Made by a program: the position numbers and the translations under genes | Assembly: GCA_965203325.1 (NCBI GenBank) | Contig: OZ241875.1 | Coordinates: forward strand, 2,176,001-2,240,000 | From: a bacterium | GTDB lineage: Bacteria > UBA8248 | DNA: 64,000 bases | Direction of reading: 5' to 3' | In this document: piece by piece, positions 1 through 10,690 of the stretch | Numbering within the stretch: the first letter of the stretch is position 1 | Layout: the number at the start of each line of letters is the position of its first letter | Notes under the pieces: generated by a model | Told to the model about the DNA's origin: nothing | What the model saw: the letters and a program-made list of their open reading frames with translations, nothing else | Database searches by the model: none

Positions 1-1074
1 CGCCGCGCCGGCGGCGTGATACTCGGAAAACTCAACCTGCATGAATTCGCATTTGGTCCCACCGGGCACAACCCCCATTACGGAGATCAGAAAAACCCGT
101 GGGATACCCAGCGGGTCACGGGCGGGTCGAGCGGCGGTTCGGGCAACAGCGTGGCGACGGGCCAGGTTTCCATCGCCATCGGCTCCGATACGGGTGGGTC
201 TATTCGGATTCCCGCATCCTTGTGCGGCGTCATCGGGCATAAACCCACGCATGGCCTTGTCACGAAATCAAACTGCGCGCCGTTGTCGTGGTCGCTCGAT
301 TCTTTCGGACCATTGGCGAGGTCCGCCCGGGACTGCGCGCTCATGATGTCCGCCATCGCGGGACACGACCCGGCCGACGCCTCATCCATCGCCTGTGAGC
401 CGCCCGACTTCATGGGGGCGCTGAGCAAACCCATCGAAGAATTCCGCATCGGCCACGCGCGAGAATACTATGAGCAACGCTCGGAACCTCCCGTGGCGGA
501 AGCGGTGAACAATCTGGCCAAGACGCTTCAGGAAATGGGCGCCAAAGTTGTCGATATTGAAATACCCGATGTCGAAACCGCGTTTCATGCGGCGGCCGTG
601 CTGATGGTATCCGAAGCGGCGGCCGTGCATGAAAAAAACATAAGAGAAAAAGCGCAAGATTTTGATCCCGCGGTTCTTGAGAGAATCAGGCCCGGTTTTT
701 TCATCTCCGCCACATCGTATATCCAGGCGCTTCGATTCAGGGAGCAATGGACGAAGCAAATCTGCAAAGAGGTATACGGCCAGGTAGACCTCGTTCTCTC
801 CGCCGCCACGCCGGTCCCCGCCGCTTTGCACTCTCAGTCGACCGGAACAGTTCGTGGGAAAGAAGTCGAGATTCGAACGCTCATGATCTCCTTGACAAGG
901 CTTTGGAATTTCCTCGGCGGGCCGTCCACCGCGTTTCCATCGGGCATGAGCGAGGAGGGTCTGCCGCTTGGCGCGCAAATTATGGGCGCGCCTTTTGCAG
1001 ACCACCATACGCTGGCGTTCGTGCATCAACTCGAAAAAATGGGTGTGGTGAAAGTGGAAACGCCGCCTCTGTAG
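1..1074 (+). CDS. Amidase signature family protein (GatA-like amidase), 5' end outside the window
   Basis: GKLNLHEFA, NPWD..RVTGGSSGGS and GSDTGGSIRIPAS amidase-signature motifs; frame is open from the window start. Confidence 0.9.
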   Translation, partial: RRAGGVILGKLNLHEFAFGPTGHNPHYGDQKNPWDTQRVTGGSSGGSGNSVATGQVSIAIGSDTGGSIRIPASLCGVIGHKPTHGLVTKSNCAPLSWSLDSFGPLARSARDCALMMSAIAGHDPADASSIACEPPDFMGALSKPIEEFRIGHAREYYEQRSEPPVAEAVNNLAKTLQEMGAKVVDIEIPDVETAFHAAAVLMVSEAAAVHEKNIREKAQDFDPAVLERIRPGFFISATSYIQALRFREQWTKQICKEVYGQVDLVLSAATPVPAALHSQSTGTVRGKEVEIRTLMISLTRLWNFLGGPSTAFPSGMSEEGLPLGAQIMGAPFADHHTLAFVHQLEKMGVVKVETPPL

Positions 1075-1089
1075 CTCAGAGGCGCCGAT

Positions 1090-2346
1090 CTACTCCGGCC
1101 TGGATCCGTCCGGGCCCATCGGAAATTTCTCACAAAGCGAACGTACGTCTTCCCTCACCGAGGCGATACGCGCTTCATCCGTAATATCGGCCAGCACGTC
1201 GGCTATCCAGCCGCCCACGACTTTCATCTCGGCCTCTTTCATGTGGCGCGAAGTCAACGCGGGCGTCCCGACGCGGATCCCGCTCGTGAAAGCCGGTTTT
1301 CTGGTGTCGAAAGGAATCGCGTTCTTATTCACCGTGATTCCCGCCTGGCCCAAGGCGGCTTCCGCCTTCTTGCCGCTGAAACCGGCCTCGCGCAGATCGA
1401 GTAGAATCAGGTGATTGTCCGTGCCGCCCGAGACGAGATGGATGCCGCGTTCCAAGAGTGCATTCGCAAGCGCCTTTGCATTTTTCACAATCTGCTCTGA
1501 ATAGGCCCTGAACTCCGGGGTGCTTGCCTCCTTGAACGCCACCGCCTTGGCCGCGACGACGTGCATCAAGGGTCCGCCTTGAAGGCCGGGGAAAACAGCT
1601 TTATTCATCTCGGTCGCGTAGTCTTCGTCGCAAAGAATCATCCCGCCGCGAGGACCCCGGAGCGTCTTGTGCGTCGTGGTGGTTACAATCTGCGCATGGC
1701 CCGCAGGGCTGGAATGCGCGCCGCCCGCGACCAGCCCCGCAACGTGGGCAATATCCGCCATCACCACGGCGCCCACTTCATCTGCAATCTCCCTGAAGCG
1801 CGCATAATCGATCGCCCGCGGATATGCGCTCGCCCCCACGACGATGATTTTGGGACGGTGCTCCTTTGCCTGGCTTTCCACTTCGTCGAAATCGATGACG
1901 TGGTTTTCGGGATCCACGCCATACGCCACCACCTTGAACCACCGCCCCGAGAAAGTGACGGGGTGCCCATGGGTCAGGTGGCCGCCATGCGAGAGGTTCA
2001 TCCCCAAAAGCGTATCGCCCGGCTCCAGCAGGCCGTAATACACCGCGGCGTTCGCCTGGGCGCCGCTGTGCGGCTGCACGGAAGCATGATCCATACCGAA
2101 AAGAGACTTCGCCCGCTCGATGGCGAGGGATTCGGCCACATCCACGAACTGACACCCGCCATAGTAGCGTCTTCCCGGAAATCCCTCCGCATATTTGTTC
2201 GTCATCACGCCGCCTACCGCCTCCATCACCGCTTTGCTCACGTAGTTCTCCGAAGCGATGAGTTCGAGCTCGTCCGCCTGGCGTTCTCTTTCATCTTCCA
2301 TGGCGGCGAAAATATCGGGATCTCTCAGCGAAAGTGCCGATGACAT
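1090..2346 (-). CDS. glyA: Serine hydroxymethyltransferase
   Basis: [27 protein letters not shown] and PLP-lysine motif [13 protein letters not shown]. Confidence 0.97.
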   Translation of the reverse strand: MSSALSLRDPDIFAAMEDERERQADELELIASENYVSKAVMEAVGGVMTNKYAEGFPGRRYYGGCQFVDVAESLAIERAKSLFGMDHASVQPHSGAQANAAVYYGLLEPGDTLLGMNLSHGGHLTHGHPVTFSGRWFKVVAYGVDPENHVIDFDEVESQAKEHRPKIIVVGASAYPRAIDYARFREIADEVGAVVMADIAHVAGLVAGGAHSSPAGHAQIVTTTTHKTLRGPRGGMILCDEDYATEMNKAVFPGLQGGPLMHVVAAKAVAFKEASTPEFRAYSEQIVKNAKALANALLERGIHLVSGGTDNHLILLDLREAGFSGKKAEAALGQAGITVNKNAIPFDTRKPAFTSGIRVGTPALTSRHMKEAEMKVVGGWIADVLADITDEARIASVREDVRSLCEKFPMGPDGSRPE

Positions 2347-2411
2347 CGAGTGGGACCTCCAGACTTTTTATTCAGGCGTGGGGAATGTTACGGAACATCT
2401 CGGGCGAATTG

Positions 2412-2440
2412 AAGCTAACAAACCGACCTCGGGACGTCAA
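2412..2440 (-). promoter_or_regulatory. Putative sigma70 promoter of glyA
   Basis: Minus strand TTGACG (2440-2435), 17-bp spacer, TAGCTT (2417-2412). Confidence 0.5.
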
Positions 2441-2515
2441 TATCAAATGACAAATGTGCCATCATGACGCAAAAGGTATAATGACATTCAGAAACTTCAC
2501 GAAAAGGAATGGATA

Positions 2516-2980
2516 ATGCCGAATGAAACCGATGATTTGCTCGACATCTCCTCGGATGGAGTGCCCAGGACAGCGCTTCCGCCTGAACCGGAAGAACTCG
2601 GCGCGCTGGATTCGCTTTGCGATGCCATTTTATCGAGCGAAGAAAACCGCGGGCTCTATATGGAGAAACTGCAAAGTCTGGTGGCGCGCCATCCGGACGC
2701 CCTATCCGGCTGGGTGGCCATGGGGTGGATTGCGCTTGCAAACGAAGAGACGATTAGCGCATACGCCTACTTTCGGGTCGCCTATCACAGGGGGCTGGAC
2801 AAGGCCCGCGCCTCGGGCTGGCGCGGCGATGGGCGCATCCCATGGGAAATCCCCGCCAATCAACCGTTTTTGCGCGCCATTCATGGCTTGGCGCAATGCG
2901 CCGACGCCATCGGAGAATCCGCCGAGGCGAAACGCTGCAGTGAATTTTTAGGAATGCTCGACCCGAATCATCCGTTTTAA
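2516..2980 (+). CDS. DUF3151-family protein
   Basis: AYAYFRVAYHRGLD..R..GWRG.G.IPW....NQPFLRA pattern typical of DUF3151; a perfect TATAAT at 2477-2482 lies upstream. Confidence 0.75.
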   Translation: MPNETDDLLDISSDGVPRTALPPEPEELGALDSLCDAILSSEENRGLYMEKLQSLVARHPDALSGWVAMGWIALANEETISAYAYFRVAYHRGLDKARASGWRGDGRIPWEIPANQPFLRAIHGLAQCADAIGESAEAKRCSEFLGMLDPNHPF

Positions 2981-3095
2981 TACGGCGTTTTCTTCATACG
3001 ATGTGCGGAACCTGAGAAGAATGTCTGCGAAGCGCCTGATCACTACGCCGATACCAAAAAATTAAAAATATCAATCCTCTGGATGAACTTTCCGC

Positions 3096-3422
3096 TCATC
3101 CCCCCATGTACTGTCCCATCAAGAGGACGAGGTCTCCCTCTTTCATCTCGGAATCGAGCGTGTGGTGTATGCCCAGGAGCGCATCGTTCACGGCAATTTC
3201 GAGGTGTTCGGCCAGCTGGCCGGTTCCGTTGTGCCAAAGCGCTTCATCCAGAGACCTGTAGCGTCGGCTCATCTTTTTGAGGACGTCGCGAAGCGTAGCG
3301 CCTTCGGGAACCTCCTCATCGAAAACCTTGCGCTCGTTCCCGTCACCGCCCACGAAAGTCGACGCCCAGGAGATGAACTCCAGCCGGACGCGAATCGCCT
3401 TGACGCTTTTCGTCTCGTTCAT
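3096..3422 (-). CDS. MoaD/ThiS-family sulfur carrier protein
   Basis: Ubiquitin-like size, IAVND, C-terminal GG; last gene of the AOR operon; start taken at MNETKS after a GGAG RBS. Confidence 0.8.
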   Translation of the reverse strand: MNETKSVKAIRVRLEFISWASTFVGGDGNERKVFDEEVPEGATLRDVLKKMSRRYRSLDEALWHNGTGQLAEHLEIAVNDALLGIHHTLDSEMKEGDLVLLMGQYMGG

Positions 3423-3449
3423 CGCGTCATCTCCTGTCTCCAAGGTGAG

Positions 3450-5321
3450 CTATACGTTCGCACCCCATAGGGCCTCAGCGACATCTTCCAGATCGAGTTC
3501 ACGCAAAAGCTCGGGCTTGGGGCGACCCGTTTCCCTGTCGTAGCCGGTCGTCTCGTACCATATATCGAGCATCTTCTCCCATTGATCCATTATCGAGACA
3601 CCCGCTATCGGCCCATCCACCGGTGTGGAACCGTATCGCTTGGATGGTTTCTCGACCTCAGGCCCGATACCGCAGCGCAAGTTGAACGCGCGCATCAAGG
3701 CGTTGATGCGCCGGCCGGTCTGCATCGCTTCATCCTTGTCCACGTCCCATCCGGTAGCCGCCTGAATGGATCGGCACAAAACGTCCATCGGCGCGCGCGT
3801 AGTAAAGACGCACGCTCCCAGGGAATCCTCATACGCGCGTCGTCCCCTGAGGCCGCCCACATGCTTGGGCACCTCTACCGCGTCCTGGGGGTGCACACGC
3901 GCGGGAAGGCCGTAATCCGTCGGGAACACCGGGGGAGCCGTATCCATCGTTCCGCCCGAACCCGTGCAGGTATCGATCATCTCCTCCCAGCGGGAGCGGT
4001 GATCGTGCCCCCTCGGAGAATTGCCGACTTCCGTGTAAATGGCGCAATCCTGCGCCTCGCCGCCGAGTTTCTCCGCCGCGAGCTTCGTTCCCTCGGCCAG
4101 CAGGTCGCCCATGCCCTCGCGCTTGCAGATCATCTCGAGCAACCTGTTCGCCCCGTCGATATCGCCCCACTCCAGGCGGAAGCCGAGGTCCTGATCCGTG
4201 ATATAGCCTTTTTGCTGGCACTCCATCACCCAGCCGCAGAGCCAGCCGAACTCGTTCACGTCCACACAGGCGCGATCGAGCTGGGTGTTCATCCAGGTGA
4301 CCTGTTGCGGGTCCGTGGCGCCAATCGTCCAGCCTGCGCCCGACCAGCCCTCGTACTCGGGCTCATCCACCACCTGTCCCTTATAGGGGCCGGAGGAGAT
4401 GACCTGCATGTGGCAATGGTGCATGCCGCACGCACTGCACTGATGGCCCCGGTGGTCGAAACCCTCGCGCAGTCCGTTGGCCTCCCATTGCTTCGTTTCG
4501 ACTTCCTCGGGCCATACGTTCGTCGTGTAGTTACGAATCGGGAGCGCCCCCATGCCCTGTAAGTTCCGGACGCCGCCGAGAGTGCCATACAGGTACAAGC
4601 CCTTGGTCGAGGGATCGGTCTGGAGGCTGTGGGCGATGTCGTCCGCCGCGGCGAAGAGCGCCTTGGGATGGGCGGCGGCGACTCCCTTCGTTCCGCGCTC
4701 GATGGCCACCGCCTTCACCTTTTTCTTGCCCATGACGGCGCCGCAGCCGTTCTTGCTCGCCACGTGGCCGTAATCGCCCTGTATGGCGGAGAAGCGCACG
4801 AGGTTCTCGCCCGCAGGCCCGATGCTGTAGACGCTCAAATTGTGGCCGCTCAGATTCAGCGTCTTCTCGAGCGATTGCTGCGTCTCCCATGTGTCCTGGC
4901 CCAGCAACCCGGAGGCGTCGCGAAGCTCCACCCCGTCATCGCGAATGTGGAGATAGACCCAATCGGGCGATTCTCCCTGGAACACGATGGCGTCATAGCC
5001 GCAATACTTGATGTTCGCGCCGAAAAAACCGTTCGCCTGGGTGTTGGTCGCGCCGTTGGTCATCGCGCCCCGCGTCACCACGGTAAGTCCGCCCGTCCCC
5101 CAGACCGGCAGACCCGCCAGAGGGCCCGTGGCCAGAACGAGCCGGTTCTCGGGATGATCCCAACCCACCTCGGGCGGCACTTCCTCCCACAAAATCTTGG
5201 CGCCCAAGCCCGCGCCGCCCACCCATTTCCTACGGTCGGCGGCTTCGAATTTCTCACCCCAGGTCTTCCCGCTCGAGAGATCGACCCGGAGGATTTCTCC
5301 TGCATATGCGTAATCAGTCAA
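3450..5321 (-). CDS. aor: Aldehyde:ferredoxin oxidoreductase family (W/Mo-bis-pterin) catalytic subunit
   Basis: ILRVDLS N-terminus, SIGPAGENLVRFSAI, GCGAVMGKK, CxxCxxxxC Fe-S ligands, EPEYEG, GYDRETGRP C-terminus. Confidence 0.93.
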   Translation of the reverse strand: MTDYAYAGEILRVDLSSGKTWGEKFEAADRRKWVGGAGLGAKILWEEVPPEVGWDHPENRLVLATGPLAGLPVWGTGGLTVVTRGAMTNGATNTQANGFFGANIKYCGYDAIVFQGESPDWVYLHIRDDGVELRDASGLLGQDTWETQQSLEKTLNLSGHNLSVYSIGPAGENLVRFSAIQGDYGHVASKNGCGAVMGKKKVKAVAIERGTKGVAAAHPKALFAAADDIAHSLQTDPSTKGLYLYGTLGGVRNLQGMGALPIRNYTTNVWPEEVETKQWEANGLREGFDHRGHQCSACGMHHCHMQVISSGPYKGQVVDEPEYEGWSGAGWTIGATDPQQVTWMNTQLDRACVDVNEFGWLCGWVMECQQKGYITDQDLGFRLEWGDIDGANRLLEMICKREGMGDLLAEGTKLAAEKLGGEAQDCAIYTEVGNSPRGHDHRSRWEEMIDTCTGSGGTMDTAPPVFPTDYGLPARVHPQDAVEVPKHVGGLRGRRAYEDSLGACVFTTRAPMDVLCRSIQAATGWDVDKDEAMQTGRRINALMRAFNLRCGIGPEVEKPSKRYGSTPVDGPIAGVSIMDQWEKMLDIWYETTGYDRETGRPKPELLRELDLEDVAEALWGANV

Positions 5322-5338
5322 GGCATCGACCCCCTTGT

Positions 5339-6661
5339 TTATGAAGAAATGGCTATTTCATGCGCAGATATCGACGGACGCCCCAAAACGGTTTCCGGCA
5401 ACAAGCCACCTGCAGCGCCCGAGGCCAGGAATGCACGCTTCACGTCGAATGGGTTCTCGCGCAAATGCTCTTTCCACTCCGAGATGTCCACCCCCGTATA
5501 CACGAGGCCCTTTAGCATCCCCACGTCGTTCGTCGTCCAGATTTCCCGGGTTTTGCCCAGGATGATCGCCCCCGTCAGCCTCCCGCCGTGGAACAGGAGC
5601 TTTCTGTAGGCGGGCCGCTCCGCACGCACGGCCTCGAAGACCTCGGCGTCCGGGTCGTCCCAGGCGCCGAAGCTCGCTATCTCCATATCGAGAACGTCCA
5701 CGATGTTCATGAGCAGACTGCCCTTGTAGGCGACCTCCTGGCCGGCCATGTTGGCCGCCGCCACACGGCCATGCTGCATGGCGGTGGGCTCGATGGCGTG
5801 CACGACCTGCCCGCCCGTGACGGCGTCGGGGCCTTCCGCGATATCTCCCGCCGCGTAGATGTTCGCCACGTTCGTACGACAATGCTCGTCCACCAGAATT
5901 CCCTGGTTGGTCTCGAGGCCGCTGTCCGCCACCCAATCGATATTGGGCTTGATGCCCGTGGCCATGATGACCAGATCGACCTCCAGATCGGGACCTTCTT
6001 TGAATTTGAGGAGTTTGGCGCCTTCTTTGTCCTCGATGGAGGTCACTTGCGTCGAGGTCCTCACTTCCACGCCCCGGTCGTTCAGCCAATCCTGAACGAT
6101 TCCGGCGCCCGTATCGTCTATCATGCGCGGCAGGATGCGCGATTCGAGTTCCACGACGGTGAGCTTCACGCCCTGATTCACCAGAGCGTTCAGAATCGTG
6201 AAGGCGATGAATCCCGCGCCGATCATCGCGACGCGGGCGCCTTCGCCTACGCCGGACGCCACGGCGCGCGCCTGGGGAAACGTCCAGAAGCTGTGCACGT
6301 TCTTCCCGTCCGCACCGGGCACGGGGGCTTTCACAGCAGAGGAGCCAGTGGCGATCAAGAGGTTGTCGTATTCAATCTCATCGCCCCCCTCGAGGATGAG
6401 CTTGCCCGCGGATGCGTCGATTCTCTCGGCCCGTGCGCCGAGCCTCGCATCCACATTCAACGCGGCGAGCTTCGGAGGTGAGGCAATGTAGACGTGTGAT
6501 TCCGCGATGTCGCGCGCCAGATAATACGGCAACACCATCCGCGAATACGGCGTCTCGTCCGCGACGAGGACGATCTCGGACTCGCCTTTATCCAGTTCCC
6601 TGAGTGTGGTGATGGCGTTCCAGCCGGCGGTTCCGCCGCCCACGATGACGTGTCTGGCCAT
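5339..6661 (-). CDS. FAD/NAD(P)-dependent oxidoreductase (AorC-like subunit)
   Basis: GGGTAG and GAGFIA Rossmann motifs, ATGS, TNVANIYAAGD. Confidence 0.9.
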   Translation of the reverse strand: MARHVIVGGGTAGWNAITTLRELDKGESEIVLVADETPYSRMVLPYYLARDIAESHVYIASPPKLAALNVDARLGARAERIDASAGKLILEGGDEIEYDNLLIATGSSAVKAPVPGADGKNVHSFWTFPQARAVASGVGEGARVAMIGAGFIAFTILNALVNQGVKLTVVELESRILPRMIDDTGAGIVQDWLNDRGVEVRTSTQVTSIEDKEGAKLLKFKEGPDLEVDLVIMATGIKPNIDWVADSGLETNQGILVDEHCRTNVANIYAAGDIAEGPDAVTGGQVVHAIEPTAMQHGRVAAANMAGQEVAYKGSLLMNIVDVLDMEIASFGAWDDPDAEVFEAVRAERPAYRKLLFHGGRLTGAIILGKTREIWTTNDVGMLKGLVYTGVDISEWKEHLRENPFDVKRAFLASGAAGGLLPETVLGRPSISAHEIAISS

Positions 6662-6663
6662 AA

Positions 6664-7143
6664 TCAGAGCACCCCCGCAAGCGGTCCGGCGGGTGATTTC
6701 GCCCGCTCCGCGGCAAAGGGCCCGACCCAGTCGGTCTTATCGGCCTCCTCAAAAACGATCGCGTCGGTAGGGCATACGGACGCGCACGCGGGATTCCCGC
6801 CGCACAAGTCGCACTTGAACGCCTTGTGGGTATCGATGTCGTAGAACATCGTTCCATAGGGACACGCGATGGTGCAGAGCTTGCAGCCCACGCAAATGTC
6901 ATCCGCCACGTCTTTCGCCCCGGCCGGCGAGATGCCGATCGCCTCGACCGGACACGCCGTCAGACACCATGCCTCGTCACACTGCGGACAGGTATAAGGC
7001 GCATAGCTCGTATGGCCCTCGAAAGCAGAAACCCGGATTACCGCTTTCGAGGGCTGAAACGTCCCCGTCTGCTCGTATGAGCAAGCGAGTTCGCAACGCA
7101 TGCAACCCGTACATTTTTCGGGAATGATCTTGAGTATTTTCAT
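6664..7143 (-). CDS. 4Fe-4S dicluster ferredoxin-like subunit (AorA-like)
   Basis: CTGCMRCELAC, CPQC..AWCLTACP, CVGCKLCTIACP, KCDLC...PACASVCP. Confidence 0.92.
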   Translation of the reverse strand: MKILKIIPEKCTGCMRCELACSYEQTGTFQPSKAVIRVSAFEGHTSYAPYTCPQCDEAWCLTACPVEAIGISPAGAKDVADDICVGCKLCTIACPYGTMFYDIDTHKAFKCDLCGGNPACASVCPTDAIVFEEADKTDWVGPFAAERAKSPAGPLAGVL

Positions 7144-7300
7144 CGCGCCCCCACGATTTTCTGGTAGGGTTTCCCGCACCGCATCTCACGAATTTTGATG
7201 CGGAAAACACATCTTTGGAATGATCAAGACGCTTTCATTCTCGCAGAGACGGACAACTCGGGTCAAACGAAAATCCCGATTTTTGAGCGCGCGCATGGAT

Positions 7301-8182
7301 TCAACCGCCCGAGGTCACCAAAACAGCCCCCGCCACAACGATGAGCGTTCCCACCACCAAGCGTTTCGTGATGACTTCCAGGTCGCGCAGCAGCACCACC
7401 GAGAGTAAAAGAACGAATATGGGGGTCATACGAACGAGCGGGGAAATCACCGCGAGTTGCCCGTCGCGCAGCGAGGTCCAGAACAGCACGGCGGAGAAAA
7501 TCGCAAACATGCCCGCTGGAATGCAAGCTATCGCGATCTGCATGTTCCACTGAAATTTCTGGGCTTTCGAGGCGAAGGACGAGGAAGCCAACAAACCCAC
7601 GTTGGCTATCAGCGTGGCCACCAGAATTCCTAACCATGGCGCATTCATGGCGGCCAGTCCGGCTTTTCGGAGATAGGGCGTGACGCTGAACGCCGCCATC
7701 GCGATGAAGGCGAAAGTGTAACGCTTCAGCGAATACCCCCCTTCTCCCCGCTCACCGGTGAGCCCGATCATCCCGATGACGATGAGTACGATACCCAGCC
7801 AGACGCCGGCGTCCGGGCGCTCGCCCAGAATCACCACGCCCATCAGGGCCGAGCCGATGGGAGTCGCCGCCACGAGCGCGTTCGTCCTGCTCACCCCGAC
7901 GTACTCGCTCGAGCGAAGGGCGCTGTAGCGGGCTACGAGATTCCCCACCAAGCCGGTGATGAGATACAAGATAAGAGCCACCACCCAATCGCCTTGATAG
8001 ATATCGAACGATGGCGAGAAAACGACGGCGATAACCGCCATCCACCCATTCACCCAAAAGATGATCGTGAGCGCCGAAGCCCGCTCGAGCAATCTGCGAA
8101 CGAGAATTTGATTGCACGCGAACAAAAAGGCGCCAAGTAAAGCACGAAACTCCGGCGGTGCGTCTACGATAAAATTCAACAT
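7301..8182 (-). CDS. EamA/DMT family transporter
   Basis: About 290 aa, about 10 hydrophobic segments in two repeats, ILGERP motif. Confidence 0.8.
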   Translation of the reverse strand: MLNFIVDAPPEFRALLGAFLFACNQILVRRLLERASALTIIFWVNGWMAVIAVVFSPSFDIYQGDWVVALILYLITGLVGNLVARYSALRSSEYVGVSRTNALVAATPIGSALMGVVILGERPDAGVWLGIVLIVIGMIGLTGERGEGGYSLKRYTFAFIAMAAFSVTPYLRKAGLAAMNAPWLGILVATLIANVGLLASSSFASKAQKFQWNMQIAIACIPAGMFAIFSAVLFWTSLRDGQLAVISPLVRMTPIFVLLLSVVLLRDLEVITKRLVVGTLIVVAGAVLVTSGG

Positions 8183-8332
8183 GTCGAAAACCCAACCAGA
8201 AAAGCGCCCGGGAAAAAGACTCTATGAGGACGACTAAATCCATCACCTAAGCGAATGAATCGATAGACATGCACAGTGTCATCCCTCGCCTTTTTCAAAT
8301 AAATGGCGATCCAGTGCCGGGCGTATGAGCAC

Positions 8333-9217
8333 CTACCTGCCCAATAGGATCAGCACGGCGCCCTCCACGGCAAGCACCCCTCCGGCGATCACGCGCAAAT
8401 TGATGCGCTCAAGCCTTTGATAAAAGACCCAGGAAAACAAGATCAAGAATAAAATGGAGAGCCGGTTTATCGGGATCACCTCTATGAGCTTTCCGTTCTT
8501 GATGGCGAGCCAAAAAGCGTACGCAGATATGATGTTGAAGACCCCTCCGATGAGAATCAACCATAGGCTTTTTTTATTCCATGTTTTGGGGTTGAGTTCA
8601 TGGTTTTCCACAAACGGTATGGAACCGAGTTGGAGAAGCGCGCCCGTGAACGCCGTGGTGGCGATGCCGAAAGCGGGTGAGGGAATCGTCTGAAAAGCGA
8701 GCTTTCGCAAGGGCGGGGCGAAGGAGAAGAAAAAGGCCGCGAGAATCGGAAGGAGGTAATATAAAAAGGGCGCTCGTTTGCCGCCTGCCCCTCTCTCCTG
8801 CACAAGGAGTATCGCGCCCAACACGATGGCGAAAGTACCCAGGGCGATCGGGAAATTGATCGTCTCGCCGAAAAGGAGCATGGCCAGCAAAGCGCTCCAT
8901 ATGGGATGGACCTGCAGAAAAATCTGGGAGCGCGCCATTCCGATGAGCGTCGCCGAGATGAAGTTCAGGTTTCTCGACAAGAAATGAGAGCAAAGCCCCG
9001 CCAGCACAAACCAGAAAATCCCCACCAGGGGCCATTTTTCGAGACCCGCACCCAGTATGTATATGGTCGAAGCGTAAGTTACCAGCGTTAAATTGGTCAC
9101 AAAGGTGATAGCCTTCGGCCCTATCCACTGAAGAGCGCCTCGATAGATTGTATGCGTGACTGCCAAAAAGACAGCGGACAAAAAAGACAAAAAAACCGGA
9201 GGGAGTGACTCGATCAA
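8333..9217 (-). CDS. EamA/DMT family transporter
   Basis: About 290 aa, about 10 hydrophobic segments, LFGETI motif; tandem paralog of the neighbouring gene. Confidence 0.8.
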   Translation of the reverse strand: MIESLPPVFLSFLSAVFLAVTHTIYRGALQWIGPKAITFVTNLTLVTYASTIYILGAGLEKWPLVGIFWFVLAGLCSHFLSRNLNFISATLIGMARSQIFLQVHPIWSALLAMLLFGETINFPIALGTFAIVLGAILLVQERGAGGKRAPFLYYLLPILAAFFFSFAPPLRKLAFQTIPSPAFGIATTAFTGALLQLGSIPFVENHELNPKTWNKKSLWLILIGGVFNIISAYAFWLAIKNGKLIEVIPINRLSILFLILFSWVFYQRLERINLRVIAGGVLAVEGAVLILLGR

Positions 9218-9347
9218 AGGCTATCCAAGCGACAGAGGGATGTATCGAAGCGATAGATTCTCATTATGACACGAGAAGTCTCCGCCTGTAATCAGCGCGC
9301 CCGAGCAAAACCGAATCCTGCATGATATATTTTTACTCCATCTCTAT

Positions 9348-10037
9348 TTGAGGATGTTCAACATGTCTCTTGACGCTTCCAGGCCTGCTCCGGAAATTTT
9401 CCCCGAATACGCCCTGCTGCCCGGAATGTACGCCCGTGAGGTGGAAAGCCTCACCGGGGAGCAACTCGATAAAAAAGAACCCGGGAAAAGCTGGGGCCTG
9501 TGGTCGATCCGCGAGCAGGTCAGCCACATGGGCTTTGTGAATTACAGGTGGTTCTTGCAGGTCTGGGGGAAATCACTGTTCGGAGAAGACTTGCCGAGGC
9601 CGAAATCCCTATACGACACGGGTGGTGCGGACCGACTTCTCGACCCCGAAAGATTTCACGAGATGGACGATCTGCTCACAGCTTATGAAGACGGCTGCAG
9701 GCTGGCTCTGGATATTCTGAAAAACGAAACCCCCGAATCGCTACGGGAAAAAACCAAAGAAAGGGTCGTTCCCCGAAACTACGAATGGCCCTCCGGCGAT
9801 CGGTATATCGACTGGATTGAAAACGTGGTGCTTAAAATCCACCCCGATGGCTTTTGGCGAGACGAGAAAAAAGACAACGTCTTCCACTACAACCTGGAGT
9901 GGACATTTCGCCATGTGCTCTGGGAGGGATACGCCCATCTCAAAACCATCCAGGCGCATAAACAAGCGCAGGGAATCGAGGCAAAAGTAGCGCTGGATGA
10001 GGGTGTTGGCTACCTCGCCGCGCTTACCTGGGAGTAA
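9348..10037 (+). CDS. DinB/YfiT-like metalloprotein
   Basis: WSIREQVSH near the N-terminus and RHVLWEGYAH near the C-terminus give a DinB-type His triad; exact start uncertain (9348/9354/9363). Confidence 0.6.
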   Translation: MRMFNMSLDASRPAPEIFPEYALLPGMYAREVESLTGEQLDKKEPGKSWGLWSIREQVSHMGFVNYRWFLQVWGKSLFGEDLPRPKSLYDTGGADRLLDPERFHEMDDLLTAYEDGCRLALDILKNETPESLREKTKERVVPRNYEWPSGDRYIDWIENVVLKIHPDGFWRDEKKDNVFHYNLEWTFRHVLWEGYAHLKTIQAHKQAQGIEAKVALDEGVGYLAALTWE

Positions 10038-10569
10038 GCATCCGCCGCATCAGTTCCTCGGGCGTGTCGTCGACCGTGAAGGAATCCAGGATTTTCTGCG
10101 AGATGAAACCTTCTTCGTTCATGTGGCGAAAAAATGCCAGCAAAGGATCATAATAGCCGCGAATGTTGAGCAGGCCGACGGGCTTGTCGTGGTACCCGAG
10201 TTGAAGCCATGTGAGCATCTCCATGGTCTCCTCGAGCGTGCCGAGTCCGCCCGGCAGCGCGACGAAGCCATCGGACAGTTCCGCCATCAACGCTTTTCTC
10301 TCGTGCATCGTTCGCACGACGCGAAGTTCGGTGATCCCCTCATGGGCGACTTCCATGCCCATCAACTTATCGGGGATCACGCCGGTGATCTCGCCTCCGT
10401 TCTCGAGCACGGCGTCGGCCAGAACGCCCATGAGTCCGATACCCCCTGCGCCATACACCACGCCGATTCCACGCGCGCCCAAGGCATGGCCCAAGGTTCG
10501 CGCCGCTTCCTGGTATTCGGTTCGTACCCCTTTTGATGAACCCGCGAAAACGCATATCCTCTTCAACAA
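10024..10569 (-). CDS. LOG family nucleotide 5'-monophosphate phosphoribohydrolase (TIGR00730-like)
   Basis: ICVFAGS, VYGAGGIGLMG, MHERKALM, PGGLGTLEE; TTG start after GGAGG. Confidence 0.9.
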   Translation of the reverse strand: MLKRICVFAGSSKGVRTEYQEAARTLGHALGARGIGVVYGAGGIGLMGVLADAVLENGGEITGVIPDKLMGMEVAHEGITELRVVRTMHERKALMAELSDGFVALPGGLGTLEETMEMLTWLQLGYHDKPVGLLNIRGYYDPLLAFFRHMNEEGFISQKILDSFTVDDTPEELMRRMLTPR

Positions 10570-10690
10570 AATTCCTCCCCGCCGGGTCGGCGCCCAGGCG
10601 GGGCTCGACATCTTCCGGCTTTCACTTTTCATGGAGACACGCTACCTCCATTGGCGTCAGACATATTACTACCGCTACACTCCCTTCGCC

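Noticed and set aside
2347..2515. ZMP/ZTP (pfl) riboswitch upstream of glyA
   Set aside because: The conserved aptamer sequence is not recognisable, and the predicted promoter leaves only a short leader.
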